Origin: Desulfovibrio sp.
Lineage (GTDB): Bacteria > Bacillota > Dethiobacteria > DTU022
Length of the DNA stretch: 64,000 bases
NCBI GenBank assembly: GCA_020060545.1
Contig: JAGUZX010000134.1
Span: forward strand, 29,808 to 93,807
Direction of reading: 5' to 3'
The notes below the pieces were generated by a model. It did not search any database, was not told where the DNA came from, and saw only the letters and a program-made list of their open reading frames with translations. The translations under genes and the position numbers were made by a program. This document shows, one piece after another, positions 29,149 to 38,264 of this stretch (within the stretch, counting starts at the first letter, position 1; every line of letters begins with the position of its first letter).

Positions 29149-29281
29149 CCTGGCAAAACCAGGCTGTATTTTTATCTGGACGGGCTGCGACACGTCCGTA
29201 TCTTCATTTCTGCAAAAACAGCTGTACGTGAGCATTGAACATTACGTGCAGCTAGGCCGGGTCCTGCCGGGTTTCATAACG

Positions 29282-29312
29282 TCTCACATCTCACTTCACT
29301 TCTCACCTCTCA
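29282..29312. repeat. Heptamer tandem run (CTCACTT) overlapping the deacetylase stop codon
   Basis: tctcacatctcacttcacttctcacctctca. Confidence 0.7.
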
Positions 29313-30360
29313 AAGGCCAGTATTGCGACTGCACCTGCAGCACCTCTTCAAGGCGGCGCAAAGTCGCCGGGGCCGGTTCCCGGGGCGGGTTTTCTTCGGG
29401 AACGGGGAGCCCCCAGCGGCCGATGGCATTCAGGACCTGAAGCACCGCTCCCGCCTGCCCCTGGAGGTGGTAGCCGCCCTCGAGACAGAGAAGCATTCTC
29501 CCGCTGCAGCAGGCGGAGGCGGTTTTAGACAGCGCTTCCGCCATGCGGTAATAGCCTGAGTGCGTCAGTGACATCCCGGCCAGGGGATCGCGGTAATAGG
29601 CATCCTGCCCGGCCGATATGACCAGCAAATCCGGTTTAAACCGCTCCAAAACCGGTAAAATTACCCGTTCAAAAAAGAGAAGATAGTCCGCATCGCCGGA
29701 TCCGGCGGGCAGGGGGATATTGATGGTGTAACCTTCCCCTGCGCCGCAGCCCGTTTCCCGGAGCTGCCCGGTGCCCGGATAAGCCGGGCTCTGGTGCAGC
29801 GACAGGTAAAGGACATGCGGGTCTGCCTCAAAGATGTGCTGGGTCCCGTTGCCGTGGTGGACATCCCAGTCGATTACAGCCACCCGTTCCAGGCCGTAGT
29901 CCCGGCAGGCCGAGCGCGCCGCCACGGCCGCATGGTTAAAAATACAGAAGCCCATGGCCCGGTTTCTTTCGGCATGGTGCCCCGGCGGCCGGGTTAAAGC
30001 AAATACTTTCCGGCACTCTCCTTCCAGGACTTCTTTCAGCCCGGCCACTGCGCCACCGGCGGCCAGAAGAGCTACCTCGTAAGAGCGGCTGACAATGTAT
30101 GTATCCATGTCCAGAAAACGCCGGCCCTGGCGGCAGGCCTCATCGATCGATTCAATATACCCCGGATCGTGAACCAGGGCGACCGTCCCCAGCTCTGCCG
30201 GCAGCGGCGTAATTTTCTTGATTTTGTTCTCGAGAGGATGCGCCTCGAGCGTGGAAAGGATCTGCTCCAGCCGTTCCTTCCGCTCGGGGTGGTGTTCCTG
30301 ATTGTGAACAAGGTAGTCAGGATGATAGACCAGTCCGATTCGCTCTCCGCTATTTGGCAT
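29296..30360 (-). CDS. Histone deacetylase-family (Zn-dependent) deacylase
   Basis: HPE, RPPGHHA, GFCIFN, DWDVHHGNGTQ, YPGTG, SAGQD, LEGGY. Confidence 0.92.
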   Translation of the reverse strand: MPNSGERIGLVYHPDYLVHNQEHHPERKERLEQILSTLEAHPLENKIKKITPLPAELGTVALVHDPGYIESIDEACRQGRRFLDMDTYIVSRSYEVALLAAGGAVAGLKEVLEGECRKVFALTRPPGHHAERNRAMGFCIFNHAAVAARSACRDYGLERVAVIDWDVHHGNGTQHIFEADPHVLYLSLHQSPAYPGTGQLRETGCGAGEGYTINIPLPAGSGDADYLLFFERVILPVLERFKPDLLVISAGQDAYYRDPLAGMSLTHSGYYRMAEALSKTASACCSGRMLLCLEGGYHLQGQAGAVLQVLNAIGRWGLPVPEENPPREPAPATLRRLEEVLQVQSQYWPLRGEK

Positions 30361-30374
30361 CTGTTCCTTTCCCT

Positions 30375-30806
30375 TCATTTTTTGTCGCCGTGAGCTTCAT
30401 CCATGGCCTTGCACAGCCGCCCCCACAAAAAAGGGCTGTGCTTGCGCAGCACCACGGGGCGCCCGGTGGAATTGACAAAGGCGTGCTCCGTGCTTCCCCG
30501 GGCCAAAAGCTCTTCCTCCCGGCGCACTTCATAGCCAAAGACGACCCTCACTTCTTGAAGGCTCTCAATCCAGGTTAGAAGGGCGATTTCATCGTCGTAG
30601 CGCGCCGGCACCTTGTAATCACAGGAAACCCTGATTACCGGCAAGTAGAGGTTATTTTTCTCAAACTCCCGGTAAGGCATCCCCAGCCTGCGCATCAGCT
30701 CTGTGCGCCCGATTTCAAACCAGACGAGATAATTGGCGTAATAGACTATCCCCATCTGGTCGGTGTCTTTGTAGCGCACCCTGATCCTGCTTTCATCGCG
30801 CATCAT
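30375..30806 (-). CDS. Acyl-CoA thioesterase (YbgC/4HBT hotdog family)
   Basis: RVRYKDTDQMGIVYYANYLVWFEIGRTE. Confidence 0.9.
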   Translation of the reverse strand: MMRDESRIRVRYKDTDQMGIVYYANYLVWFEIGRTELMRRLGMPYREFEKNNLYLPVIRVSCDYKVPARYDDEIALLTWIESLQEVRVVFGYEVRREEELLARGSTEHAFVNSTGRPVVLRKHSPFLWGRLCKAMDEAHGDKK

Positions 30807-30863
30807 CCCAGTTTTCGCCTCCCGTATCAAAATAACCGGTAAAAGGAAGAATTTACCCGGCAG

Positions 30864-32612
30864 TTAGAGGACGTTCGCCCGGCCCCGGTAGATTAAGCCC
30901 CGGATTGGATCCACGGTGATCAGTTCACCGGGCCGGATCAGGCCGGTGGCCTTTTCCGCACCGACCACGGCCGGTTTCCCCAGGTTCAGGGCGATGATGG
31001 CGCCGTGGGAGGTAAGCCCCCCTTCCTCGGTGACCACGGCGGCCGCCTTTTCCAGGGCCGGCAGATAATCCCGGTTGGTGCCGCGAGTTACCAGGATCTG
31101 CCCTTCCCGGATGCCGGCCGGGATTTTACCACCGGCAACGACAAAGGCCGTCCCGCTGACCGCCTTCTGGCCCACCCCTGTTCCCTGGGCCAGAACCTCG
31201 CCGATCGTTTCCACCCGCAGCAGGTTGGTGGTACCGGTAACGCCCACCGGCACACCGGCGGTAATTACCACCAGGTCCCCCTCCTTGATCAGCCCCTCCT
31301 GCATCGCCGCCCGGGTCGCGGCGACAAACATTTCGTCCGTAGATTCCACCGGCGGGTAAAGGACCGGGTAGATTCCCCAGGTCAGCTTGAGCTGTGCGGC
31401 AACCTTGAGACGCGAAGTTACGGCGATTACGGGCGCTTTCGGCTTGTATTTGGACACCATCCGCGCCGTGTGCCCCGATTGGGTGGAAGTGATAATCGCG
31501 TCGGCGCCGAGTTCCTGGGCTGTGTGGCAGGTGGCGTAGCTGATCGCGTCGGTCACCGTTTTACTCATGGCCGCTTCCAGGCTTTCAAGGATCTTCTTAT
31601 AATCGAGCGCTTCCTCGACCCGCACGGCGATTCGGCTCATCGTCTGGACAGCTTCCACCGGAAAACGCCCCACGGCCGTTTCCCCGGAAAGCATCACCGC
31701 ATCGGTGCCGTCAAAAATGGCGTTGGCCACATCGCTGGCTTCGGCCCTGGTGGGGCGGGGATTGCGGATCATGCTGTCCAGCATCTGGGTGGCGGTAATT
31801 ACCGGCTTTCCGGCCCGGTTGCAGCGGTAAATAATTTTTTTCTGCAGCAGCGGGACCTCTTCGGTGGGGATTTCGACCCCCAGATCGCCGCGGGCGACCA
31901 TCATCCCGTCCGCTACATCCAGGATGGAATCAAACTGCTGCATCCCTTCCCGGCTTTCAATCTTGGCGATCAGCATCGCCTCGCCGCGCAAATCCTCCAT
32001 CAACTGCCTGATTTCCAGGATGTCTTCCCGGCTGCGGGTAAAAGAGGCGGCGATAAAATGGATCTCCTGCTCCAAAGCGGCCTTGATGTCAGCCCGGTCC
32101 TTGGGGCCGAGAGCGGGCAGGTTTATCCTTGTCCCGGGCAGGTTTAAGCCCTTGTAGCTTCTTAGCTCCCCGCCGTGAATCACCCGGCAAAAAATTTCCT
32201 CGCCCTGGATCTCAAGCACCTGCAGGGTAATCATCCCGTCATCAATTAAAACAGTGCGCCCCGGGGCGAGATCTCCCGGCAGCCCCGGGTAGGTCACCGA
32301 AACCCGCCGGTTATCCCCCGGGACAGCCGCCGCGGTAAGGATGAAGCCCTGCCCGTCTTCTAAAGATACGCTCTCCTCCACCAGCGTACCGGTGCGCACT
32401 TCCGGGCCGCGGGTATCAACCAGCAACGCCACGGTCTGTTTCAGCTGCCGGCCCACTTCCCGGATCATCTCCACCCTCCGCCAATGCTCCTCGCTCCGGC
32501 CGTGGGAAAGGTTCAGGCGCGCCACATCCATCCCCGCTTCAATCAAGGCTGCGATCCGATCCGGTGTATCAGTACTGGGACCGATCGTGCACACAATCTT
32601 TGTCCTGCGCAT
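30864..32612 (-). CDS. pyk: Pyruvate kinase with C-terminal PEP-utiliser domain
   Basis: RTKIVCTIGP, AKIE, MVARGDLGVE, ATQMLDSM, MLSGETA, EEGGLTSH. Confidence 0.97.
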   Translation of the reverse strand: MRRTKIVCTIGPSTDTPDRIAALIEAGMDVARLNLSHGRSEEHWRRVEMIREVGRQLKQTVALLVDTRGPEVRTGTLVEESVSLEDGQGFILTAAAVPGDNRRVSVTYPGLPGDLAPGRTVLIDDGMITLQVLEIQGEEIFCRVIHGGELRSYKGLNLPGTRINLPALGPKDRADIKAALEQEIHFIAASFTRSREDILEIRQLMEDLRGEAMLIAKIESREGMQQFDSILDVADGMMVARGDLGVEIPTEEVPLLQKKIIYRCNRAGKPVITATQMLDSMIRNPRPTRAEASDVANAIFDGTDAVMLSGETAVGRFPVEAVQTMSRIAVRVEEALDYKKILESLEAAMSKTVTDAISYATCHTAQELGADAIITSTQSGHTARMVSKYKPKAPVIAVTSRLKVAAQLKLTWGIYPVLYPPVESTDEMFVAATRAAMQEGLIKEGDLVVITAGVPVGVTGTTNLLRVETIGEVLAQGTGVGQKAVSGTAFVVAGGKIPAGIREGQILVTRGTNRDYLPALEKAAAVVTEEGGLTSHGAIIALNLGKPAVVGAEKATGLIRPGELITVDPIRGLIYRGRANVL

Positions 32613-32622
32613 ATCTTCTCCT

Positions 32623-32678
32623 CCGAAAAAGTTCATTTGGTGCCTGGCACCGAATGAACTTTTTCGGCGCCAGGCACC
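32623..32678. repeat. REP-like palindrome with GGTGCCWGGCACC core, plus a partial second copy
   Basis: ccgaaaaagttcatttggtgcc-t-ggcaccgaatgaactttttcgg then ggcgccaggcacc. Confidence 0.8.
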
Positions 32679-32687
32679 TGAGTTTTT

Positions 32688-33650
32688 TTACATGGAGAGG
32701 ATGAGGGCCAGTTCGTAGAGATCTGCCGGGAAGGCACGGCCTGCCGTTAACGCTTCCAGCAGCGGCACCGGGTGGATTGCGCCGCCCTTGGCGGCGGTGA
32801 TCATGCCGCCCCGCCCCTCCCGCAGCAGGTCTACCGCCGCGGCACCCATCCGGCTGGCCAAAAGGCGGTCCGCCGCGGAAGGGCTTCCGCCGCGCTGGAT
32901 ATGGCCGAGCACGGTGACCCGGGTCTCCAGGCCGGTCTTCTGTTCAATCTGCGCGCCGACACAAAAGGCGCTGGCCGCCCCTTCCGCCACCAGGATAATG
33001 CTGTGCGTCTTTTGGCGGCGGACCCCCTTTACCAACCGCCGGCAGATCTGATCCAGGTCGAACTCTATCTCCGGCACCAGGATTACCTCGGCCCCTCCGG
33101 CCAACCCCGCCGCCAAGGCGATAAACCCGTTGTGCCGCCCCATCACTTCCACCACAAAAACCCGGCCGTGGGAGGTGGCCGTATCCCTGAGCCGGTTCAA
33201 TGCATCCAAAACAGTATTCACCGCCGTGTCGAAGCCGATGGTGCTGTCTGTGCCGTAAATATCGTTGTCGATCGTGCCGGGTATGCCGACCGCCTTAATC
33301 CCCAGCACGTCCAGGGCCTGAGCGCCCCGGAATGAACCGTCGCCGCCGATTACCACGATCCCTTCGATGCCCCGCTCCCGAAGGCGGGCGGCGGCCTTTT
33401 CCTGAACTGCTTTTTCCATAAATTCGGGCGCCCGGGCCGTGTGCAGGATCGTCCCGCCACGGTGGATAATCCCGGCCACCGAACTGAGCTCCATCTTTCG
33501 CCAGGGCGACGGGTTTATCAGCCCGGCAAAACCCCTTTCAATACCGTAGATTTCCATCCCGCAGTAAATCGCTTTGCGCACCGCCGCCCTGATCGCGGCA
33601 TTCATCCCGGGGGCGTCGCCGCCGCTGGTTAAGATCGCTATTTTACGCAT
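32688..33650 (-). CDS. pfkA: ATP-dependent 6-phosphofructokinase
   Basis: LTSGGDAPGMN, GGDGS, PGTIDND, EVMGR, LGHIQRGG. Confidence 0.97.
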   Translation of the reverse strand: MRKIAILTSGGDAPGMNAAIRAAVRKAIYCGMEIYGIERGFAGLINPSPWRKMELSSVAGIIHRGGTILHTARAPEFMEKAVQEKAAARLRERGIEGIVVIGGDGSFRGAQALDVLGIKAVGIPGTIDNDIYGTDSTIGFDTAVNTVLDALNRLRDTATSHGRVFVVEVMGRHNGFIALAAGLAGGAEVILVPEIEFDLDQICRRLVKGVRRQKTHSIILVAEGAASAFCVGAQIEQKTGLETRVTVLGHIQRGGSPSAADRLLASRMGAAAVDLLREGRGGMITAAKGGAIHPVPLLEALTAGRAFPADLYELALILSM

Positions 33651-36600
33651 TTTTTTGTTCACTCTTTGATAGCATACTCCATAAATTAGATTTTATATCC
33701 TCCACCTTCGCCGCGCCCCGGCCCAGCAGCCTTTCCAGGCGCTGCCGGCAGCTCTGGAGATCGGAAACCCAGTATTCTTCCGGCAGAAAAATGACCTTCT
33801 TCTCCCGGACGAAGTACAAGGAGACCGGGATCTCTCCTTCGCCGGAACTTAAAATCCTTTTCAGCTCGGCCAAGGTGTCGGGGCCGTGCGCGGGTTTAAT
33901 CAAGAGGCAGAGCTGCCTCGGCTCCCGGGGCAGGGGAGTGACCGATTCGGCAATGATTTTGGCCTCTTCTTCCTCTTTGAGGTCGGTCTTTCCCCTGATC
34001 AGAACGAGGCTGTCTTCTTTGAAGAGGCCGGATTCACGCTCGTAAAGATCGCTGAAAACCACCACCTCGACACTTCCCGTCAGGTCCTCCAGTTTTACGA
34101 AGGCCATCGGCTTTCCTTTCTTGGTATAAATTGAGCGGACGGCGGCGACGATACCGCCCACCGTTACCTGGCGCCCGTCTCCCGCCTCCGGCAACTCCGC
34201 GCAAGCTGTCACCCGCTGCATCCGCTCCAGGAACGGGCGGTACTGCTCCAAGGGATGGCCGGAAATATAGAGCCCGAGCATCTCTTTTTCCAGGGTTAGC
34301 CTCTCCTTGACGGAGAAATCTTCAATTTCCGGCAGGCGGTCCCGGAGCAGGTCGTCCTGGCTCGCCTCGTCCATCAGCGAAAACATGGAAATCTGGCCGT
34401 TTTCCCTTTCCCGCTGGGCTGACTGGCCCCGGGCCAGGATCTCATCCAGGCAGGCCAGGTATTGGGCCCTGCTGCCGCCCAGTGAGTCGCAGGCGCCGCA
34501 TTTGATCAGGCTTTCCACCACTTTGCGGTTGCAGAGGCGGGAATCCACCCGGGCCGTGAAATCACTTAAAGAGAGAAACGGTTTCTCGCGGCGCGCCGCC
34601 AGGATCGACTCGATCGCGCCAAGGCCCACATTTTTTACCGCCGCCAGCCCAAAACGAATCCGCTTTTCACCCACAACCGTGAAGTTTGTTTCACTCTCGT
34701 TGAGATCCGGCGGCAAGACCTCGATCCCCTGGCGCTTGCAGTCGGCGATATAGAGGGCCACCTTGTCGCTGTTCGCATAATAGCCGGTCATAAGGGCGGC
34801 CATGAATTCCACCGGGTAGTTCGCTTTCAGGTATGCCGTCTGGTAGGCGATCAGGGCGTACGCCGCCGCGTGGGATTTGTTGAAACCGTAAGAGGCAAAT
34901 TTTAAGATCAGGTCATAAACCTCCTGCGCCAGCTCCCGCGAATAGCCTTTAGCCAGGCTGCCCTCGATAAAGCGGCTCTGCTGTTCGTCCAGGATCTCCT
35001 TTTTCTTTTTGCCGATCGCCCGCCGCAGCAGGTCCGCCTGTCCCAGGGTGAAGCCGGCCATGCGGGCGGCAATCTCCATGATCTGCTCCTGGTAGACGAT
35101 CACGCCGTAGGTTTCATTTAAAACCGGCTCCAGGACCGGGTGCAGGTATTGGAACGGCTCCTTCCCATGTTTGCTGTTGATAAAGACGGGGATCTGCTCC
35201 ATCGGTCCCGGGCGGTAAAGCGCCACCACGGCGACGATATCCTCAAACTTGTTCGGCTGCAGTTCGCGCAGCGCGCCGCGCATCCCGCTGCTTTCCAACT
35301 GAAAAGTACCGGTGGTTTCGCCCTGTGACAAGAGGCGGTAAGTCCGGGCATCGTCAAGAGGGATGCCTTCGGCGGTAAGCGTCAGGCCGCGCCGCCGCCG
35401 GATATTGAGCAGGGTCTCGTTGATAATGGTCAATGTTTTCAGCCCGAGAAAGTCCATCTTCAGCAGGCCCAGCTCCTCCAGGGTGCCCATCGGGAACTGG
35501 GTGACCACAGTGCCGTCGGATGTCTTCAATAAAGGCACATGGTTCACCAGCGGTTCGCGGGCGATTACCACCCCTGCCGCATGGATCGAGGCATGCCTGG
35601 GCATCCCCTCGACCGCGATAGACGTGTCGAGGAGCAGGCGGTAACGTTCTTCTTCCCGGTAAAGCGACTGCAATTCCTTGCCCTGTTCCAGCGCTTTCGG
35701 GATCGTCATCCCGGCTTCGACGGGGATCAACTTGGCGATCCGGTCTACCTCTCCATACGGAAAAGCCAGCGCCCTCCCGACATCGCGCACCGCCGCCCGC
35801 GCGGCCATGGTGCCGAAAGTAATGATCTGGGCCACCCTTTCCTGCCCGTATTTCGCAAAGACATACTGCAGCACCCGGTCCCGCTTGTCGTCGCAGAAAT
35901 CGATGTCGATATCCGGCATCGAGATCCGCTCCGGATTGAGGAAGCGTTCAAAGAGCAGCCCGTGCCGGAGGGGATCGATGTTGGTAATGCCGAGGGTATA
36001 GGCCACCAGGCTGCCGGCGGCGGAGCCTCTCCCCGGCCCGACCATAATTCCCTCCTGGCGGGCGAAGCGCACCAGGTCCCAGACAATAAGGAAATAACTG
36101 GAGTAGCCCATTTGCCGGATAATGCCCAGCTCGTACTCCAGGCGCCGCTCAATCGCTTCGCCTCCATCGGGATAGCGTTCCTTCAACCCTTCCCGGCACA
36201 GGCCGGCCAGGTATTCGGCGGCGTCAACCCCTGCGGGGAGGGCGTACTCGGGCAGGTGCAGGCGGTCGAACTGAAAATCGAACCGGCAGCGCGCCGCAAT
36301 TTGCAGCGTGTTCGCCAGCGCTTCGGGACAGTCCTTGAACAACTCCGCCATCTCCAGGGCTGTCTTAAAATAGAGCTCCTGCGATTCGAATTTCAGGCGT
36401 CCCGGCTCATTGATCGTTTTGCCGGTTTGGATGCACAACAGCACGTCATGGACAGCGGCGTCCTCCCGGGAAAGGTAATGCACGTCGTTACTGGCTACGA
36501 GTGGAATCCCTTCTTCCCGGGCGAGCCGGTACAGGTGCCTGTTGACCGCTGCCTGTTCGGAGAGGCCGTGATCGTGCAGCTCCAGGTAAAAGTTTTCCCG

Positions 36601-37131
36601 GCCGAAAAGGTCGCGCAAGTCAAGCGCCACTTCACGGGCTTTGGCGAACTCGTCCCGGGCGAGGAGCGACGGCACCTCGCCGGCCAGGCAGCCGCTCAAA
36701 GCGATCAGGCCGCTTGTGCTCTCCTCCAGCAGGGCGCGGTCGATCCTGGGCTTATAATAGAAACCCTCCAAAAAACCGGCCGATACCAGGCGCATCAGGT
36801 TACGGTAGCCCGCTTCGTTTTCGGCCAGCAAGACCAGGTGGTACTGGAAGTCGTCCAGGCGGGGTTCCTTTTGCCGGCGGGAGCGCGGCGCCACGTAGAC
36901 CTCGCAGCCGATAACCGGGTTAATCCCGGCTTTATGCGCTTCCCGGTAAAAATCGACGACCCCGAACATGGTGCCGTGGTCGGTTACCGCCAGGGCGGGC
37001 ATGCCCAACGCGGCGGTTTTTTCCACCAGTTGCTTAATCCGCGCCGCCCCATCCAGCAGGCTGTACTCGGTATGACAATGCAGGTGGACAAAGTTTGGTT
37101 CAGTCAAATCGGCAAACCCCGTTTCATTCAA
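33643..37131 (-). CDS. dnaE: DNA polymerase III alpha subunit
   Basis: HLHCHTEYSLLDG (PHP), GPGRGSAAGS, MPDIDIDF, KMDFLGL, YGFNKSH. Confidence 0.97.
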   Translation of the reverse strand: MNETGFADLTEPNFVHLHCHTEYSLLDGAARIKQLVEKTAALGMPALAVTDHGTMFGVVDFYREAHKAGINPVIGCEVYVAPRSRRQKEPRLDDFQYHLVLLAENEAGYRNLMRLVSAGFLEGFYYKPRIDRALLEESTSGLIALSGCLAGEVPSLLARDEFAKAREVALDLRDLFGRENFYLELHDHGLSEQAAVNRHLYRLAREEGIPLVASNDVHYLSREDAAVHDVLLCIQTGKTINEPGRLKFESQELYFKTALEMAELFKDCPEALANTLQIAARCRFDFQFDRLHLPEYALPAGVDAAEYLAGLCREGLKERYPDGGEAIERRLEYELGIIRQMGYSSYFLIVWDLVRFARQEGIMVGPGRGSAAGSLVAYTLGITNIDPLRHGLLFERFLNPERISMPDIDIDFCDDKRDRVLQYVFAKYGQERVAQIITFGTMAARAAVRDVGRALAFPYGEVDRIAKLIPVEAGMTIPKALEQGKELQSLYREEERYRLLLDTSIAVEGMPRHASIHAAGVVIAREPLVNHVPLLKTSDGTVVTQFPMGTLEELGLLKMDFLGLKTLTIINETLLNIRRRRGLTLTAEGIPLDDARTYRLLSQGETTGTFQLESSGMRGALRELQPNKFEDIVAVVALYRPGPMEQIPVFINSKHGKEPFQYLHPVLEPVLNETYGVIVYQEQIMEIAARMAGFTLGQADLLRRAIGKKKKEILDEQQSRFIEGSLAKGYSRELAQEVYDLILKFASYGFNKSHAAAYALIAYQTAYLKANYPVEFMAALMTGYYANSDKVALYIADCKRQGIEVLPPDLNESETNFTVVGEKRIRFGLAAVKNVGLGAIESILAARREKPFLSLSDFTARVDSRLCNRKVVESLIKCGACDSLGGSRAQYLACLDEILARGQSAQRERENGQISMFSLMDEASQDDLLRDRLPEIEDFSVKERLTLEKEMLGLYISGHPLEQYRPFLERMQRVTACAELPEAGDGRQVTVGGIVAAVRSIYTKKGKPMAFVKLEDLTGSVEVVVFSDLYERESGLFKEDSLVLIRGKTDLKEEEEAKIIAESVTPLPREPRQLCLLIKPAHGPDTLAELKRILSSGEGEIPVSLYFVREKKVIFLPEEYWVSDLQSCRQRLERLLGRGAAKVEDIKSNLWSMLSKSEQKNA

Positions 37132-37219
37132 GTATTCAGAATTCAGACTGTTTATTTCTCCTTCCCGGCAAGTATTTCCTTTATCACCGCGGCATAATTA
37201 TGCATTAAAAGGAGCGCGG

Positions 37220-37513
37220 ATGATGGATAAATTTCTGCCGGGCTTAATCCTTACTTTTTGCGTGGCCCTGGGGGTCAACCTGGGCGGCAGCCTTATGGGC
37301 ACCCTGGGCGCAATATTCACCCATCGCCCGCCCCTGAAAACAATGCTGGAACTGGCGGTCGAACTGAAAATATGGGCGTTGGTGGCTGCCCCGGGAGAGA
37401 CTTTTGGGGTAATCAAAACTTTTGAAGCGGGTGTCTTTGGCAAGCAGTTTACCGGCTTAGTCAAACAGCTTTTTATGATCGGCGGCGCTTTCCGGGTGAA
37501 ATTGCCGCGGTAA
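37220..37513 (+). pseudogene. ytrH: YtrH-family sporulation membrane protein, 3'-truncated
   Basis: ALGVNLGGSL...PPLKTM..LA.ELKIWALVAA.G.TF...FE.G...KQ..I..AF, divergent from dnaE as in Bacillus. The last transmembrane segment appears missing. Confidence 0.7.
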
Positions 37514-37755
37514 AGGTTGAACTCGAAGGGCCTGTTGGCGCCTTCGCCAAGCTCGAACTGCAGCGCCTGATTGGCGAAATTACCACCGAGCTGGTCGGTG
37601 AAAAAATTGAAAACCTTAACCCCGCCTTGATCCTGGCGCTGCTGCACCGGCGCAAGCTGACCGTTGAGGAGAAAGACTACCTGCTCAGCGTGAACTGGAT
37701 CATTTTCAGCCGTGAGACTATTTTCAATCTAACCGCCTCTCCCGCTCCGCCATAA
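37492..37755 (+). pseudogene. ytrI: YtrI C-terminal-domain remnant without a start codon
   Basis: Manual translation PGEIAAVKVELEGPVGAFAKLELQRLIGEITTELVGEKIENLNPALILALLHRRKLTVEEKDYLLSVNWIIFSRETIFNLTASPAPP*, in a different frame from ytrH. Confidence 0.6.
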
Positions 37756-38035
37756 GGGTAAACCGGGCCTGCCCGGTAAGCGCCCGCCGCCGTGATCCGG
37801 TTTTCCAAACGCCGCGCCTTTTGCCGGAGCGCCAATGTTTCCGGTATGCTTTCAGCTTTTCCCGCCGCCACAGTTCCTTCCCGAACGCCAGGGCGGAAGC
37901 CAGCGCCACCAGCAGCCAGAGCGCGGTGAAAACAGCCGGGACTGAACCGAATCCCGGTTCCGGCAGCAAAAGCAAACCCAAAGCAACCAGCGTCAGCGCC
38001 AGGGTTAACCCGGCGATTGTGAAAAAACCGCGCAT
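37724..38035 (-). CDS. Small two-TM membrane hypothetical protein
   Basis: GAGGTGGTGAGGG RBS, two hydrophobic segments and a basic tail. Confidence 0.6.
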   Translation of the reverse strand: MRGFFTIAGLTLALTLVALGLLLLPEPGFGSVPAVFTALWLLVALASALAFGKELWRREKLKAYRKHWRSGKRRGVWKTGSRRRALTGQARFTLMAERERRLD

Positions 38036-38171
38036 CCCTCACCACCTCTTACTATCTATTAATAAGCTTCAAGTCTGGCATTGATGACAGCCGGCGAAAA
38101 AAACGATCACCGGTTGCTTCAGAAACACAAGCGCCGGAAACGCCACGGGAGGAAGGGGGCCGGAAGAGCGC

Positions 38172-38204
38172 AGAGCGCCGGAGCCCCGCCAGCGCTCTTT
38201 TTTT
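38172..38204 (+). terminator. Intrinsic terminator-like hairpin in a divergent intergenic region
   Basis: agagcgc-cggagccccgcca-gcgctct-tttttt. Confidence 0.5.
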
Positions 38205-38264
38205 AAACCCGGCGTTATGTTAGAATATTTCCAGACCGTTAACAGATGATGAAGGAGTGCCGCC

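Noticed and set aside
32645-32660. TGGCAC as a sigma54 -24 box (also at 43221)
   Set aside because: No TTGC at the -12 position; the hexamer is part of the palindrome core.
35539-37197. Long plus-strand ORFs (552 aa here; also 2582-3526, 31005-32147, 42897-44195, 46724-48169, 56017-57050)
   Set aside because: Antisense shadows of well-supported minus-strand genes in GC-rich DNA, with no recognisable motifs.
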